Shown: in pieces, positions 1-10,450 of the stretch
How positions within the stretch are numbered: position 1 is the stretch's first letter
Layout of the letters: each line of letters begins with the position of its first letter
Assembly: GCA_051546255.1 (NCBI GenBank)
Contig: CP128818.1
Coordinates: 248,001 to 312,000, forward strand
From: Meyerozyma guilliermondii
Lineage: Eukaryota
Length of the DNA: 64,000 bases
Direction: 5' to 3'
Program-made: the position numbers and the translations under genes
The notes under the pieces: model-generated
What the model saw: the letters and a program-made list of their open reading frames with translations, nothing else
Database searches by the model: none
Told to the model about the DNA's origin: nothing

Positions 1-1397
1 GTACTTTCGTGAAACATTCTTGTGTCAATGGCTGCTGCCAACAAGTTATTGGCCATCGTAATAGCATGAATATCTCCAGTAACGTGCATGTTGAATTCGT
101 CCATAGGAATAACCTGCGAATAACCTCCACCAGCAGCTCCTCCCTTGATACCAAACGTGGGTCCCATACTTGGTTGTCTGACATTGGCAAACACATTTTT
201 TTGCAAATGAGCTCCCAAAGCTTGCGCCAAACCAACAGTGGTGGTAGACTTTCCTTCACCCAATGGAGTTGGGGTGATACCGGTGACCAAAACGTACTTT
301 CCGTTGACTTTGTTTTCCAATCTGTCCAAGAGATTGAGTGACACTTTGGCTTTGTACGAACCAAAAGGCTCCAATTCGCTTTCCAAAATGCCTGCCTCGT
401 ATGCTACTTGATCAATTTTTTTAGGCTGTTGAGCACGAGAGATTTCGTAGTCACTGGGAACAGGAGTTTGCAAGTTCAATTTCAATGGGTTGGTGAATTG
501 ACGAGTCTGGTTGTTGGCAGAATAGTGCTCCTTGGCAGCGTGGATCACATTTTCCAAAAGCGAGGCCACAGTCATGGGTCCAACTCCACCGGGAACTGGG
601 GTAATTTTCGAAGCGACTCTGGAACAGGACTCGAAATCACAGTCTCCAACCATTCTGCTTCCCGACTTTTTGGTGCTGTCAGGAATGAAATTGGTTCCCA
701 CGTCAATGACAACAGCTCCGTTTTTAAGCCATTCACCTCTGATAACCTGAGGCTTTCCAATTGCAGCAACCACAATGTCAGCTTGCTTCAAGAAGAACTC
801 AACTTGATCCTGAGGAGTCTGCGAGTGAACAGTGGTCACCGTAGCGTTTGCTCTGTTGAGCAAGTGAGCCACTGGCTTGCCCACAATGTCGGATCTTCCT
901 AAAACGACAGCGTGCTTTCCGGCAACTTGAACACCTTCTTTTTCAAGCATCTCCATGATACCCTTGGGAGTACAAGGCAAAAAGTATGGAGAGCCACCCT
1001 TCTTAGCCAACTCTCCAACATTGTACGGACCAAAACCATCGACATCCTTTTTTGCCTGAACCGAATTGGTGATCTTGGACTCGTCCAAATGGCCAGGAAG
1101 AGGAAGTTGAACCAAAATACCATCGACAGTCAAATCGTTGTTCAACTTTTCAATGCGAGTCAACAACTCAAACTCGGTAATAGTCTCGGGCAAATTGATG
1201 ATATTACACTCGATAGCAGCCTCCTCAGCAGCCTTAAGCTTCATTCGGACATAAGTGGAGGAATCTGGTCTTTCTCCCACCTGAACGATACTCAAACGAG
1301 GCTTGAAGTCTGGGTACTTTTGTTGGTACTCATTGATCTCGCCGTGGATGCGAGTACGAATCTCCAAGGCAATGGCCTTGCCGTCAATAATCGACAT
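1..1397 (-). CDS. ADE3: C1-tetrahydrofolate synthase, cytosolic type; 3' part runs off the window
   Basis: Minus strand from ATG 1397 reads [17 protein letters not shown]...[10 protein letters not shown] (dehydrogenase/cyclohydrolase domain) and continues into the formyl-THF synthetase domain ([26 protein letters not shown]). An in-frame TAA 8 codons upstream excludes a mitochondrial presequence. Absent from the ORF track because there is no stop in the window. Confidence 0.9.
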   Translation of the reverse strand, partial: MSIIDGKAIALEIRTRIHGEINEYQQKYPDFKPRLSIVQVGERPDSSTYVRMKLKAAEEAAIECNIINLPETITEFELLTRIEKLNNDLTVDGILVQLPLPGHLDESKITNSVQAKKDVDGFGPYNVGELAKKGGSPYFLPCTPKGIMEMLEKEGVQVAGKHAVVLGRSDIVGKPVAHLLNRANATVTTVHSQTPQDQVEFFLKQADIVVAAIGKPQVIRGEWLKNGAVVIDVGTNFIPDSTKKSGSRMVGDCDFESCSRVASKITPVPGGVGPMTVASLLENVIHAAKEHYSANNQTRQFTNPLKLNLQTPVPSDYEISRAQQPKKIDQVAYEAGILESELEPFGSYKAKVSLNLLDRLENKVNGKYVLVTGITPTPLGEGKSTTTVGLAQALGAHLQKNVFANVRQPSMGPTFGIKGGAAGGGYSQVIPMDEFNMHVTGDIHAITMANNLLAAAIDTRMFHES

Positions 1398-1447
1398 GAA
1401 TTCGTGGGAAGAAAAAGTAGTTTATGCGAGCGAGATTAATTTTTCAT

Positions 1448-1453
1448 TGACTC
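1448..1453. promoter_or_regulatory. TGACTC Bas1/Gcn4-type site upstream of the ADE3-like gene
   Basis: TGACTC about 50 bp upstream of the ATG. Bas1/Gcn4 control of ADE genes is established in yeasts; a single hexamer is weak evidence. Confidence 0.4.
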
Positions 1454-1552
1454 GCGCACGGGGGAAAAGTCAGAAATGAGTGCGAAGTACTGTAGTAGTC
1501 AGTGTAGCTAGCCCAATGTAGCTTAGTGACTAGTAACTTGTAGTTTCCTTTT

Positions 1553-2500
1553 TTATGGCTCAGAAAGAGAAATGCTCTCCATGAATTTCGAATTGAGTCC
1601 ACTTAGTATCTCTCCGGGTCCCAAAGCATAGACTGTATTGATACCCTCTGCTTTGAGAGTCTCCATTGACTTGACCCACTGAACTGGGCAAGAGTTTGTG
1701 CGTAGAATAGACGATAGTATATGCTGCGGATCCAGCGAAATTTTTCCTGTCAAGTTTAGTATGAAAGGTTTAATTGGCAGTTTGATCTCTTTATGTTCTA
1801 TCCATTTCAGCAATTTTGCTTCCATTGGACGAAGCTTTTCATTATGGAAGGGAATTTTTACCGGTAAAGCTGTAATTTTTGCAATTGTTCTTTTCGGCAA
1901 TTGGTCCAAAACCGCCTGTATTTTTTGTTTTTCTCCAGCAACCACTATCTGCTGGCAAGTGTTAACGTTTGCCAAGATTTGGTTGTCGTCGCAGTGTTTT
2001 AGCACTTTTTCAAAAAATGGTGCTCGAAACATGAGAGCTTTCATTTCATAATTTTTGCTGTTAAGCACCAAATCTTCCATCAATTGTGCTCTCTTGCGAA
2101 CTAGCTGTACCGCTGTACCAAGCTCAAGCATTCCAGAAACAGCCAAAGCGGAATATTCGCCCAAAGAATGACCAAGAATGTATTCCACTTCTGGCTGACG
2201 AATGAGATCTACGCCATGAACTCGGCGAATGTACTCGTGGATGCATACCGTGGCTGTGAGTATGGCTGGCTGGGCATAGTATGTCCTCATCAAGTCCAAT
2301 TGGGGATTTTTATCGAAAAGACTCAGTGACAAGTTTTCACCCAAGGCATCGTCAACCTCATCCAAGAATCGTTTAAAGAGATTTTTGTGTTTGTGGAAGC
2401 CAGCAAATGCCGCCAGCAAGTCTAAGCCTTGCCCAGGACACGATAACGCAGATTTTTTGACGGCTTTGGTGCCATTACTGAACACCGTAGAAATAGACAT
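1553..2500 (-). CDS. MCT1: Mitochondrial malonyl-CoA:ACP transacylase
   Basis: CPGQG, AQPAIL, catalytic GHSLGEYSAL, PFH and PVQW motifs of the FabD family. Confidence 0.9.
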   Translation of the reverse strand: MSISTVFSNGTKAVKKSALSCPGQGLDLLAAFAGFHKHKNLFKRFLDEVDDALGENLSLSLFDKNPQLDLMRTYYAQPAILTATVCIHEYIRRVHGVDLIRQPEVEYILGHSLGEYSALAVSGMLELGTAVQLVRKRAQLMEDLVLNSKNYEMKALMFRAPFFEKVLKHCDDNQILANVNTCQQIVVAGEKQKIQAVLDQLPKRTIAKITALPVKIPFHNEKLRPMEAKLLKWIEHKEIKLPIKPFILNLTGKISLDPQHILSSILRTNSCPVQWVKSMETLKAEGINTVYALGPGEILSGLNSKFMESISLSEP

Positions 2501-2929
2501 GTTTCGTGAGTTGCAACCGTTGCGAGCCGCGAGGTGAATGTACAGGAAAGAGGCAGGTGAAGATGAAGGAAGTAGAAAATGGCGAAAAATGTGGATACGA
2601 AAGTGAAAGTGTATTAAGAGGTTGAACTGGTGTACTAGATAATTGTGGTGGTTTTTCAGATCAATTGCTTTCGTCTTTTCCGTTTTTCACTTGCCCTCTT
2701 TCACCAAACCTTCCGCCAAACAGCCCGCGCGCTATCGCTATTTCCTCGTGCGGGGCGTGTCGCTGGCGCGATGGCTGCGCCAAATTCGTGCCGAATTTCA
2801 TCCCTCCCTCCCTATTTTCGCACTAATTTACCGAGTCTCATCACTGTCTCGCTAGACACAAGTTGCACCAAACACACACAAATATCTCCAAAACCGTGCC
2901 AAACTGCCCTTTCTAACACCTGTACAACG

Positions 2930-3724
2930 ATGAGTGACATCAAAACTTCCAAAGACGCCTTGGTGTCTGCCTTATTTGAGCTTTCCAAGGCCGCCCAGGA
3001 CGCCGCGTCCGCTACCGTCAACTTTTACAAAGTTGCTCACGATTCTTCCAACGACGAATCTTTGACTGCGTTGGCGTCTGCCATCAACTCGGTGGCTCCT
3101 GCGCTCGAGCTCGTGAACTCTGAAGTCTCGAAGGAGTCTGAAGCCAAGACGGAAGAAGGAGAAAAACCAAAGGGAAAAAAGGCTGCGAAAGACGGAGCTG
3201 CTGCACCAGAAAAAAAGAAGAGAAAGGTGGAAAAGGACCCCAATGCTCCCAAAAAGCCACTCACTATCTACTTTGCGTTCTCCTTCCACACTAGGGAGAC
3301 CATCAGAGAAGAAAGAAAGAAAAACAACGAACCACCTTTGTCCGCGGTGGAAATGAACGAGCTTGTCAAAGAGAGATGGAACTCGATTTCTGCCGAGGAA
3401 AAGTCCCAGTGGCAGAAAAAGTACCAGAATGAGTTGAAGGAGTACCAGAAGGCTAAGGAAGCTTACCAGGGGAAATTGGAAGCGGAAAAGGCCGCAGAGG
3501 TCAATTCTTCAGCGGTCCCAGCTGAAAAACCTGCTGAGGAAACAATTGCTCCTTCGGAGCCTGTGCCTGCTCCTGCCAGTCCTACCACCACCGAGGCCGC
3601 CAAGAAGTCCAAAGAGTCCAAGAAACGCAAATCTGAAGGAAAAAAGCACGACGACGGCACCAAGAAGAAGAAGGAAAAGAGCGACAAGAAGAAAGAAAAG
3701 ACGGAGAAGGAGAAGGAAAAGTGA
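2930..3724 (+). CDS. HMO1: HMG-box chromatin protein Hmo1
   Basis: MSDIKTSKDALVSALFELSKAAQDAA N-terminus, DPNAPKKPLTIYF HMG box, lysine-rich tail; first in-frame ATG at 2930. Confidence 0.85.
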   Translation: MSDIKTSKDALVSALFELSKAAQDAASATVNFYKVAHDSSNDESLTALASAINSVAPALELVNSEVSKESEAKTEEGEKPKGKKAAKDGAAAPEKKKRKVEKDPNAPKKPLTIYFAFSFHTRETIREERKKNNEPPLSAVEMNELVKERWNSISAEEKSQWQKKYQNELKEYQKAKEAYQGKLEAEKAAEVNSSAVPAEKPAEETIAPSEPVPAPASPTTTEAAKKSKESKKRKSEGKKHDDGTKKKKEKSDKKKEKTEKEKEK

Positions 3725-3809
3725 TTCAATTCCTTACTGTATTACTATCAGCGGATATTGTACTATTGTTTAACTGTGTACTAATGTATTGTTTTATTAA
3801 TGTATTGTT

Positions 3810-5960
3810 TTAATGCCTTCCCTTCTTTTGACGCTCAACATGCGCCTTCAATACCTTTTGGCGGTCTCGCAACGAGAGCTTCTGCTTGCCCTTCACTGCT
3901 TTCTTGTGTATCATCATCACAAAGTTCTTCTTGCGGGCCTTTTCCTTGTTGGTGGTGGAATGCGCCGTGTCTCTCTTTCCTCTTCTCGAACCAAATTTCT
4001 CTCTGTCGTCTTTTCCTTCACGAGCAAGTGCAATTCTCTCTTCCTTAAGAAGCTTGTATTTTACCGGTCCCACAAGCGTTGCGGAATCAACCAGTTCTTC
4101 GTTCTTTTGTGTGGAACCCATCAATTTTTCAACACCGGCTTGAACTCGCAATTCCTCCAACTTGGCAAAATCTGCCGGCGTGAGAATTCTCGAGGAAAGA
4201 AGATCAGTGATGGCTTTTTCGGCGGCAACTTTGTCTTCCTCAGAAGTCTCCGTTGGCGTAGATTCGTCTTCTGAAATATCGACATCGGAAACATCGTCCA
4301 TATTGTCGTCGGACTCCACATTGACCCAGCCGCCTTCACCATCGTCGCTGTCGTTCTCATCAACCTCCCACTCTTCCTCGTTCCACTCGTCCTCTTCCTC
4401 CTCATTCTCTTCTGTTTTGTTTTCATTTTTTTCATTTTCAGCACGCCATTTGGCCAACAACTCGATGCCGGGAATACCCAGTGGACCACTTTCTCCAAAC
4501 TGAGGAACCTTTTTCTCTCCAGCCTGAAGACCCATGCTTGCACCTTTTCCTCTGTCTTTCTTTTTCAACATTTCTGGTGCAACTTCCCGGTACAAACTTA
4601 TCAACGACCTCGCAGCCATCACCACCGGCTTAGATTTGGAACCTTTATACTCGGTCAAATCTTGCAATAAAGTTTCGTCTATGGCAAGTGGAGCACGGCT
4701 TAATATCTCTCGTATGGTGTTGATTCCAGCAGCAGCAACTTCAGCTGCAACTCCTTCACTCACAAACTCGTCGGCTATCTTGCGAATAACTACACTTATG
4801 GAATCTGGAGGAACCAATTCGTGAGAAGCTTGAGCTGCTGCCGCCATGATCTGGGTAACGTCTCGCTGCTTGGGTGTCAAGTACTTTAAGAAAAACGAAT
4901 ATATGCCCAAAACCGTCAACTTGTGGGTTCCAATGAGTCGCGAAACCAAGTTCATGAAAAGAATTTTTTGTTCAAGATCGTATTTGTTGGAGTTTTTCCC
5001 GCTGAGATGGTTGTTGAAAAGACTCTCAGCAAATCCTTGTGGGTCTCGAAGAAGGTGGATAGCTGAAAAGTTGAGATAGGTTGCAAGTCCTTTGTTGGCA
5101 TTTTTCTTTTTGATGGTTTTCGCAGCCTGCTCAAGTTTTCTGCCTCTCTTGGACGACTTTTTATTGATCAGAAATTGATGCCTTAAAGTCGTCATATCGA
5201 ACCCATCTTCATCTTCCGACTTGTCCTCAAAATTCTCTTCTCTTTCTTTGTCGGCACCAAGGAAAAATCTAGCCGCTGAAATGGCCACTTTCACATCTGG
5301 GTGATTGGCAGCTTGGGTCATGATTTCCACCGTACGAGAATCGTCCCAGATTCCTCTACGCCAGAGTTCTCTCGTGAGCTTGGTGGCCCAGAGACCCTGG
5401 GAGTCTTTTTGTTCCAAAAGATTGAAAAGAAGTGCTTGGGTTGACCGGTTAATTTTTTGGTTTTTGGCGCCAGTGTTCACCGACTTGAGCAACGAGATCA
5501 ACGTTGAGTAGATTTGGGCACGCAAGGCTTTAACATTCGATCCGTTTTGCGATGCTGTTTGCGATGAGTACGCCGTCAATAACGGGAATAAAGTTTGAAT
5601 AAGGTCTTCGGCGGATATGATATCTTTGTTACGCAACATGGTCAAACACTGAATAATTTTTTCTCTCAAGTCGGAATTTAATGCTCTATGGTTTTCAAGT
5701 AAGATCGTTCTGAGTTCCTGTGGAAAGTTGGCTGTTTCCTTGGGGTAACAATTACACACAGCAGACACAAATCCAATCAAATCTGCAAATTCCGTGCCCT
5801 CATCGGCCGATGGGTTCAAAAGAAAAATGTCCCTGAGACTCTGATAGTGGGAATACTGCTGTAAAAACTCTTCATAATAGGACTCGGGGTCCCTGCGTAC
5901 CACATTCTGAAGAAGAATGATATTCGTGGGCAAAATAGCAGCACGTCTTTGTTTTCCCAT
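3810..5960 (-). CDS. SDA1: 60S ribosome biogenesis protein Sda1
   Basis: [32 protein letters not shown] start; [14 protein letters not shown]-terminus. Confidence 0.95.
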   Translation of the reverse strand: MGKQRRAAILPTNIILLQNVVRRDPESYYEEFLQQYSHYQSLRDIFLLNPSADEGTEFADLIGFVSAVCNCYPKETANFPQELRTILLENHRALNSDLREKIIQCLTMLRNKDIISAEDLIQTLFPLLTAYSSQTASQNGSNVKALRAQIYSTLISLLKSVNTGAKNQKINRSTQALLFNLLEQKDSQGLWATKLTRELWRRGIWDDSRTVEIMTQAANHPDVKVAISAARFFLGADKEREENFEDKSEDEDGFDMTTLRHQFLINKKSSKRGRKLEQAAKTIKKKNANKGLATYLNFSAIHLLRDPQGFAESLFNNHLSGKNSNKYDLEQKILFMNLVSRLIGTHKLTVLGIYSFFLKYLTPKQRDVTQIMAAAAQASHELVPPDSISVVIRKIADEFVSEGVAAEVAAAGINTIREILSRAPLAIDETLLQDLTEYKGSKSKPVVMAARSLISLYREVAPEMLKKKDRGKGASMGLQAGEKKVPQFGESGPLGIPGIELLAKWRAENEKNENKTEENEEEEDEWNEEEWEVDENDSDDGEGGWVNVESDDNMDDVSDVDISEDESTPTETSEEDKVAAEKAITDLLSSRILTPADFAKLEELRVQAGVEKLMGSTQKNEELVDSATLVGPVKYKLLKEERIALAREGKDDREKFGSRRGKRDTAHSTTNKEKARKKNFVMMIHKKAVKGKQKLSLRDRQKVLKAHVERQKKGRH

Positions 5961-5973
5961 GGTTACTTTTCAA

Positions 5974-5986
5974 GATGAGCGATGAG
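5974..5986. promoter_or_regulatory. Tandem PAC motifs (GATGAG, GCGATGAG) upstream of SDA1
   Basis: GATGAGCGATGAG just upstream of a ribosome-biogenesis gene. Confidence 0.65.
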
Positions 5987-6201
5987 CTGAGATGGGGACG
6001 GTGTGCATATAGGAAAAGCGATAAAGACTAGAAGGAGGAACAGAGAACATTAAAGTGGTATAAAGTTCGTCCATGTCTTTGAAATAGCTTTGCTCCCATT
6101 AAGTTAATTCTACTCATGTTACACAATCTTTCAATAATTCATTATCGTAATTGATCTATTTAAATCTTTCTTCTCTGCTCGTTTTCTGATCTCCTTTCCA
6201 C

Positions 6202-7821
6202 TTATGTACTTCCCGCTCGGGCGGTTTCGCCAAACAAATCTCCAAGCGTAGCATAATTGATCTTCTTGGAAAAAGATTTCTTTGAAAGCATTCGCTTCGC
6301 ACTATCGGCCGCCGTTAATGGCTCACCAGTAGAATCGTCAACGCCAATATTTGCAAGCGCCTCGCCCATTCCCATTTCATTGAGATCTTCGATGCCGCTA
6401 GCCTTGGGTTTCCTCTTTCTTTTCGATCCCGACGTATTTCCAGTGAGCTCATCGGCCTCTTCCTTTAACCTTTTACGCTCTTGAGCCAATAAAAAGTCAT
6501 GGTTTAGACCGGTCCACACCCGCTCTTTAAGACGGTGTTCTTCTTCCGTGAGCTTAAACAAAGAAAGCTCTTCATCGTCGAGATCTGTAAAGTCGGTAGG
6601 ATGCAGCGATACCGTTTGAAGAATGTCTTCGGTTCGAGGAAGGTTCTTGGAGAGGTTTCTGGGTTTATCCAAGTCCACACGGTCGATGCTGGCGTCGCCT
6701 TGGCGGTCGGATGGTGTGGTGTACATCGAGTTCTGGAGAGACTTTTGCTGGGCCTGGACTATGCGCTGGAGCTGTGTGGAGATTTCTTGTTCTGAGAGAT
6801 CACAATCTTTGAGTATTGTTTTAAGAAGTTTCTGTTTGTGGGCTTCTTTAGCAGAGCTGGTTTCGCCTCCAAGTAAGGTTTCTGTGCTCTGTGCTTGCTG
6901 GAGTTCCTGAGCAATGCGGAGCTCTTGTTCTCGATTTTTGTTAAAAGAAGGCGGATTGGCAGGGTCCATCTGTTCCAGCAGGCGGAAATCAGCCACGGAA
7001 AGCGCTCCGCTTGACGTCTTTTTGAATTCATTGAGCCGGCGCTGTAATGTTTCTTCTGCTACATGTGCAACCGCAACGATTTCGGCGTGACTTCGGCGAA
7101 AGTTGTTCATTCTCGCTGCCAACAACACACAAGCGCCTGCTACGCCTGCTGGCCGCCGTCCCTCGTGGATCCAGTCGTTGGCCATGCGCTGGGCGAGCTT
7201 AACGGCATCTTTTATGACTTTCGTCAAAAGATCGCCAAAATCAAGTCTTTCGGCAAAATGCTGAATGAAAAGTGAAGGATCCGCTAGCGGCAAGTTTGTT
7301 ATATGCAATGCTCGTACCATCTTGAGAAAAGTAGCACCTAGCGAATACACCGAGATTTGGAGCCGCGAACTGAAATCTATCAACATGTGAGGGGTCTTTT
7401 CCTTACGACACGCCACATACAAGCACGCAGCCAACACATTTTGGGATCTACGTCCTTGAACAAAGTTAAGGGTGAGTGCAAGGCGAAACCATTCGGCGGC
7501 AGCATCGGAAATGTAGTCTGGAATTCTCATTGCCGTAGCTATGCGTTTTATTTTTTTACGACCATTCTGTAGCGTTTGCTCACGACTTTCCATGGCATTC
7601 TGCCTTCCTCCAAATGTAGCTCTTGTCTGATCAGCTCCAACCATGGTTCCTTGGACCACGGCGGCACCAGACGACAGTTCTCCAAATTGCACTTCTGAGA
7701 CTATTGGGTTTTCTTCTTGGACAGTTCCACACCTAGAGCACGACACGTCACCCAGGGAAGTGTAGCGATCGATCGAAAAACTGGTGTGGCCACAGTTTCT
7801 ACATGGCTTGGCTGCTCTCAT
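6202..7821 (-). CDS. BRF1: TFIIIB subunit Brf1
   Basis: Zn ribbon CRNC...CSRCG, TFIIB cyclin repeats (NFVQGRR, GRRPAG), C-terminal KKSFSKKINY; start placed at MRAAKPC (7821) rather than the ORF-track start. Confidence 0.93.
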   Translation of the reverse strand: MRAAKPCRNCGHTSFSIDRYTSLGDVSCSRCGTVQEENPIVSEVQFGELSSGAAVVQGTMVGADQTRATFGGRQNAMESREQTLQNGRKKIKRIATAMRIPDYISDAAAEWFRLALTLNFVQGRRSQNVLAACLYVACRKEKTPHMLIDFSSRLQISVYSLGATFLKMVRALHITNLPLADPSLFIQHFAERLDFGDLLTKVIKDAVKLAQRMANDWIHEGRRPAGVAGACVLLAARMNNFRRSHAEIVAVAHVAEETLQRRLNEFKKTSSGALSVADFRLLEQMDPANPPSFNKNREQELRIAQELQQAQSTETLLGGETSSAKEAHKQKLLKTILKDCDLSEQEISTQLQRIVQAQQKSLQNSMYTTPSDRQGDASIDRVDLDKPRNLSKNLPRTEDILQTVSLHPTDFTDLDDEELSLFKLTEEEHRLKERVWTGLNHDFLLAQERKRLKEEADELTGNTSGSKRKRKPKASGIEDLNEMGMGEALANIGVDDSTGEPLTAADSAKRMLSKKSFSKKINYATLGDLFGETARAGST

Positions 7822-7953
7822 GATGGATAAACAGAGATGCGAATAAATTTTGGATCGATAAAAAAAGAGCGCGATGGGTTGTGTGCAGGTTCGCGATAAG
7901 ATCTGATCCTTTCTCACTCTATTTCGTTCTTTCTCTCTCTTCTCCCTGTTTCC

Positions 7954-8385
7954 ATGGACTCCCCAGCTGCGCCATGGCAATTCCCCTTCTCCGTCCGGCT
8001 CAAGATCGAGAGCAGTGAGCCTCGTGATGTTCTGCAGCTGGAACGAACATTTTTGACATTTTTACGATTTTCCATGTCACTTATATTTACTTCTTTGGCA
8101 ATTGTTCAGCATTTCCGGTTGAATACTAGTGGCAAAAGTGACCCTTTTCGACCCAGAACGCGATTCACGGTGCCTGTGTCGTTTACTTTGGTGGGCTTGG
8201 CGGTTTTTGCGTTGTCTGTGAGCGCAGTCAACTATTTTGTCACCGTTAATCGATACGCCCAACACAAGATCCAAACACACGGAGTGTACAATGCTGCCAC
8301 AGTGGTGTGTATGACGTGTATAATGGTGGGAATGATTGCCCTTTGCACGCTTTTGATCATTGAGAGTTACATGAATGCGGTTTGA
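7954..8385 (+). CDS. Small three-TM membrane protein, DUF202/Vtc1-like family
   Basis: EPRDVLQLERTFLTFLRFSM resembles the DUF202 RD-x-x-x-x-ERTFL-x-x-LR signature, followed by three hydrophobic segments. Confidence 0.7.
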   Translation: MDSPAAPWQFPFSVRLKIESSEPRDVLQLERTFLTFLRFSMSLIFTSLAIVQHFRLNTSGKSDPFRPRTRFTVPVSFTLVGLAVFALSVSAVNYFVTVNRYAQHKIQTHGVYNAATVVCMTCIMVGMIALCTLLIIESYMNAV

Positions 8386-8771
8386 CTAAGAAGGGAAGAA
8401 ACGAAGATTCAGAGCAATGGCTTCTGTGAAGTCAGCGTCTGGTATGAAGATCAGCCAAATTAGGAATGGGTGGTTTTCAATTGAGAGGGTCATTTTTCAG
8501 TGCGGTTAATTGATGTAATAGGGCCCTTATCCAAAGGATCTACAAATGATCGGCTAGATAAAGGATTAGTTTGCCAGTACGGTTTCTGGCACCGATCGCT
8601 CAAGACTTTAAAGATTGTAATGGTTCCGGAAACCATGAAAATGACGAAAAGATGAGTACTGGCTACATATACGCCATGGTATGTTCATTGGGTAAACGAT
8701 ATTCAATAGCAGAAAATATTGTGGGGCTAGAAAGTCGGAAAGAATTTAAAGATTTCTACCACAGAGAACTT

Positions 8772-9011
8772 CAAGTACCAAGTACTACAAGTTAGAAAGT
8801 ACAAACACCAAGTACTACGAATACCAAAGTACAAGCACCAAAGACAAGTACCAAGTACACAAGCTTCAGAGTACAAGTACCAAAGAACAATACCAAGTAT
8901 TACAAATACCAAGTATTACAAGCATCAATGCGCTACAGTCACCAAAGACAAGTTCCAAGTACTACAGCATCAAAGTACATCACCAAGTCTACAGCATCAA
9001 GTACATCACCA
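8772..9011. repeat. Degenerate CAAGTAC/CCAAG minisatellite
   Basis: Many CAAGTAC variants and a near-perfect duplication CTACAGCATCAA(A)GTACATCACCA at 8962-8985 and 8989-9011. Confidence 0.75.
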
Positions 9012-9060
9012 CAATAGTATCTAATTTTTTTTAGTGTCCCTTTTTTCTATGCAACTTCTT

Positions 9061-10362
9061 CTACTTTCTCTTCTTACTATCCCTTGTCCTTTCTTCCCGC
9101 TTTCTCTTATTGATCTTTCTCTTCTCCCCAAAGCCCTCCTTCTCCATATCTGCTACGGACTCTCTCTTTGCCGCAGTCACTATGCTCAACGATTCCTTGA
9201 TTATTTTGTCGTCGTTAACCTCCTCCAACAAATCCATTTTTTTGTTAATATGATTTTCTATCGCCAAGATTCTCTCAACGTCCTTCTCCGAAACGATGGA
9301 AACCGAGCCTCCCTTCTTGCCTGCTCTCGCAGTTCTTCCTACCCGGTGGATATAGTCGTCAGGATCTGCTGGAATATCTTGGTTGACCACCAATTCGACA
9401 TTTGGAATATCAAGACCTCTCGACGCAACATCTGTAGCTATCAATACCCGAGCAGCCCCGGCACGGAACCTGTGTAAGGAGTTTGTTCTCTCGCTCTGGG
9501 GCATTTCCGAGTGAAGTGAGGCCACTCGAATATCAAGTTTTCGCAACGTCCTTCGAAGGATTTCAGCGGTATAAGTTCTGTTGACAAACACAATTGCCAG
9601 AGCTTTTTCGTACTTGGGCAGCACCAATATGTTGTGGAGGTATGCCTCTTTGACGTAGGATGGAACGAAAACGTAGGATATGGTCAAAGTGGCCGGAATG
9701 GCTACTTGGTCTTTCGACACAATCTCATGTATAAATACCGGTTTTTTTCCTTCAGGAACAGGTTTATCTTTCAAAGCACGAACCGCATCTGTTACGGTAG
9801 CCGTGAACAAGAGGGTTTGTCGTTTAGAAGCATCGGGAAGAATTTTAAAGCATCTTTCCAAATCGCTCCCAAAACTATTGCTCAATAGCCGATCGGCTTC
9901 GTCCAACACAAGAAACTTTATACGCTTCAAGCCTCCAACCGTATCATCTCCACTGTTTAGTATATGGTCGGCGAGCCTTCCAGGAGTGGCTATAATGAAA
10001 TGGGGACTTTTTTGGATTTCCAATGCTTGTTTCACCATATCTTCTCCTCCAACCACCACGGCAACTTTTATGTTCATCGAAGCTCCGAGCGCCAAAAACT
10101 GCTCTGCTATCTGGAGCGCCAACTCTCGTGTTGGCGTGAGGACCAAGCCGTAAATACCAAAAGGATCTTCTGACCATTTAGTCATCATTGGAGCTGCAAA
10201 AGCGATGGTTTTTCCGGACCCAGTTTTGGCCCCACCAATGCAGTCACGGCCCGCCAAAATCTGGGGTATACACTCGGCCTGAATGGAGGTGGGCAGGCGG
10301 ATTTTCATGGCGGCAAGTGCCTCCAAAAGCCATTTCGATACACCGAGATCTTTGAACAGCAT
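9061..10362 (-). CDS. DBP8: DEAD-box RNA helicase Dbp8
   Basis: M[CTG=S]FKDLG Q-motif start, AKTGSGKT, PTRELA, DEAD, FTAT, HRVGRTAR; EDPFGIYGLVL is typical of Dbp8/DDX49. Confidence 0.92.
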   Translation of the reverse strand: MLFKDLGVSKWLLEALAAMKIRLPTSIQAECIPQILAGRDCIGGAKTGSGKTIAFAAPMMTKWSEDPFGIYGLVLTPTRELALQIAEQFLALGASMNIKVAVVVGGEDMVKQALEIQKSPHFIIATPGRLADHILNSGDDTVGGLKRIKFLVLDEADRLLSNSFGSDLERCFKILPDASKRQTLLFTATVTDAVRALKDKPVPEGKKPVFIHEIVSKDQVAIPATLTISYVFVPSYVKEAYLHNILVLPKYEKALAIVFVNRTYTAEILRRTLRKLDIRVASLHSEMPQSERTNSLHRFRAGAARVLIATDVASRGLDIPNVELVVNQDIPADPDDYIHRVGRTARAGKKGGSVSIVSEKDVERILAIENHINKKMDLLEEVNDDKIIKESLSIVTAAKRESVADMEKEGFGEKRKINKRKREERTRDSKKRK

Positions 10363-10450
10363 GGGGAAGTTGAAATCGGCGATGCGATGAGGTAGTGTAT
10401 GCAGTACCGCGCGAACATGGATCCAAATCAATCTTCTTTGGTCATTTCTT

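Noticed and set aside
2626..2636. ACTGGTGTACT, resembling a Candida-type telomeric repeat or telomerase template
   Set aside because: A single 11-mer in a 430-bp divergent promoter, too small for a telomerase RNA; at most a Rap1-like site
2645..2929. Long in-frame N-terminal extensions in the ORF track (HMO1; similarly BRF1, RDS2, SFK1, MIG1, CHZ1)
   Set aside because: They run through promoter-like or low-complexity DNA and lack family similarity; downstream ATGs match known N-termini
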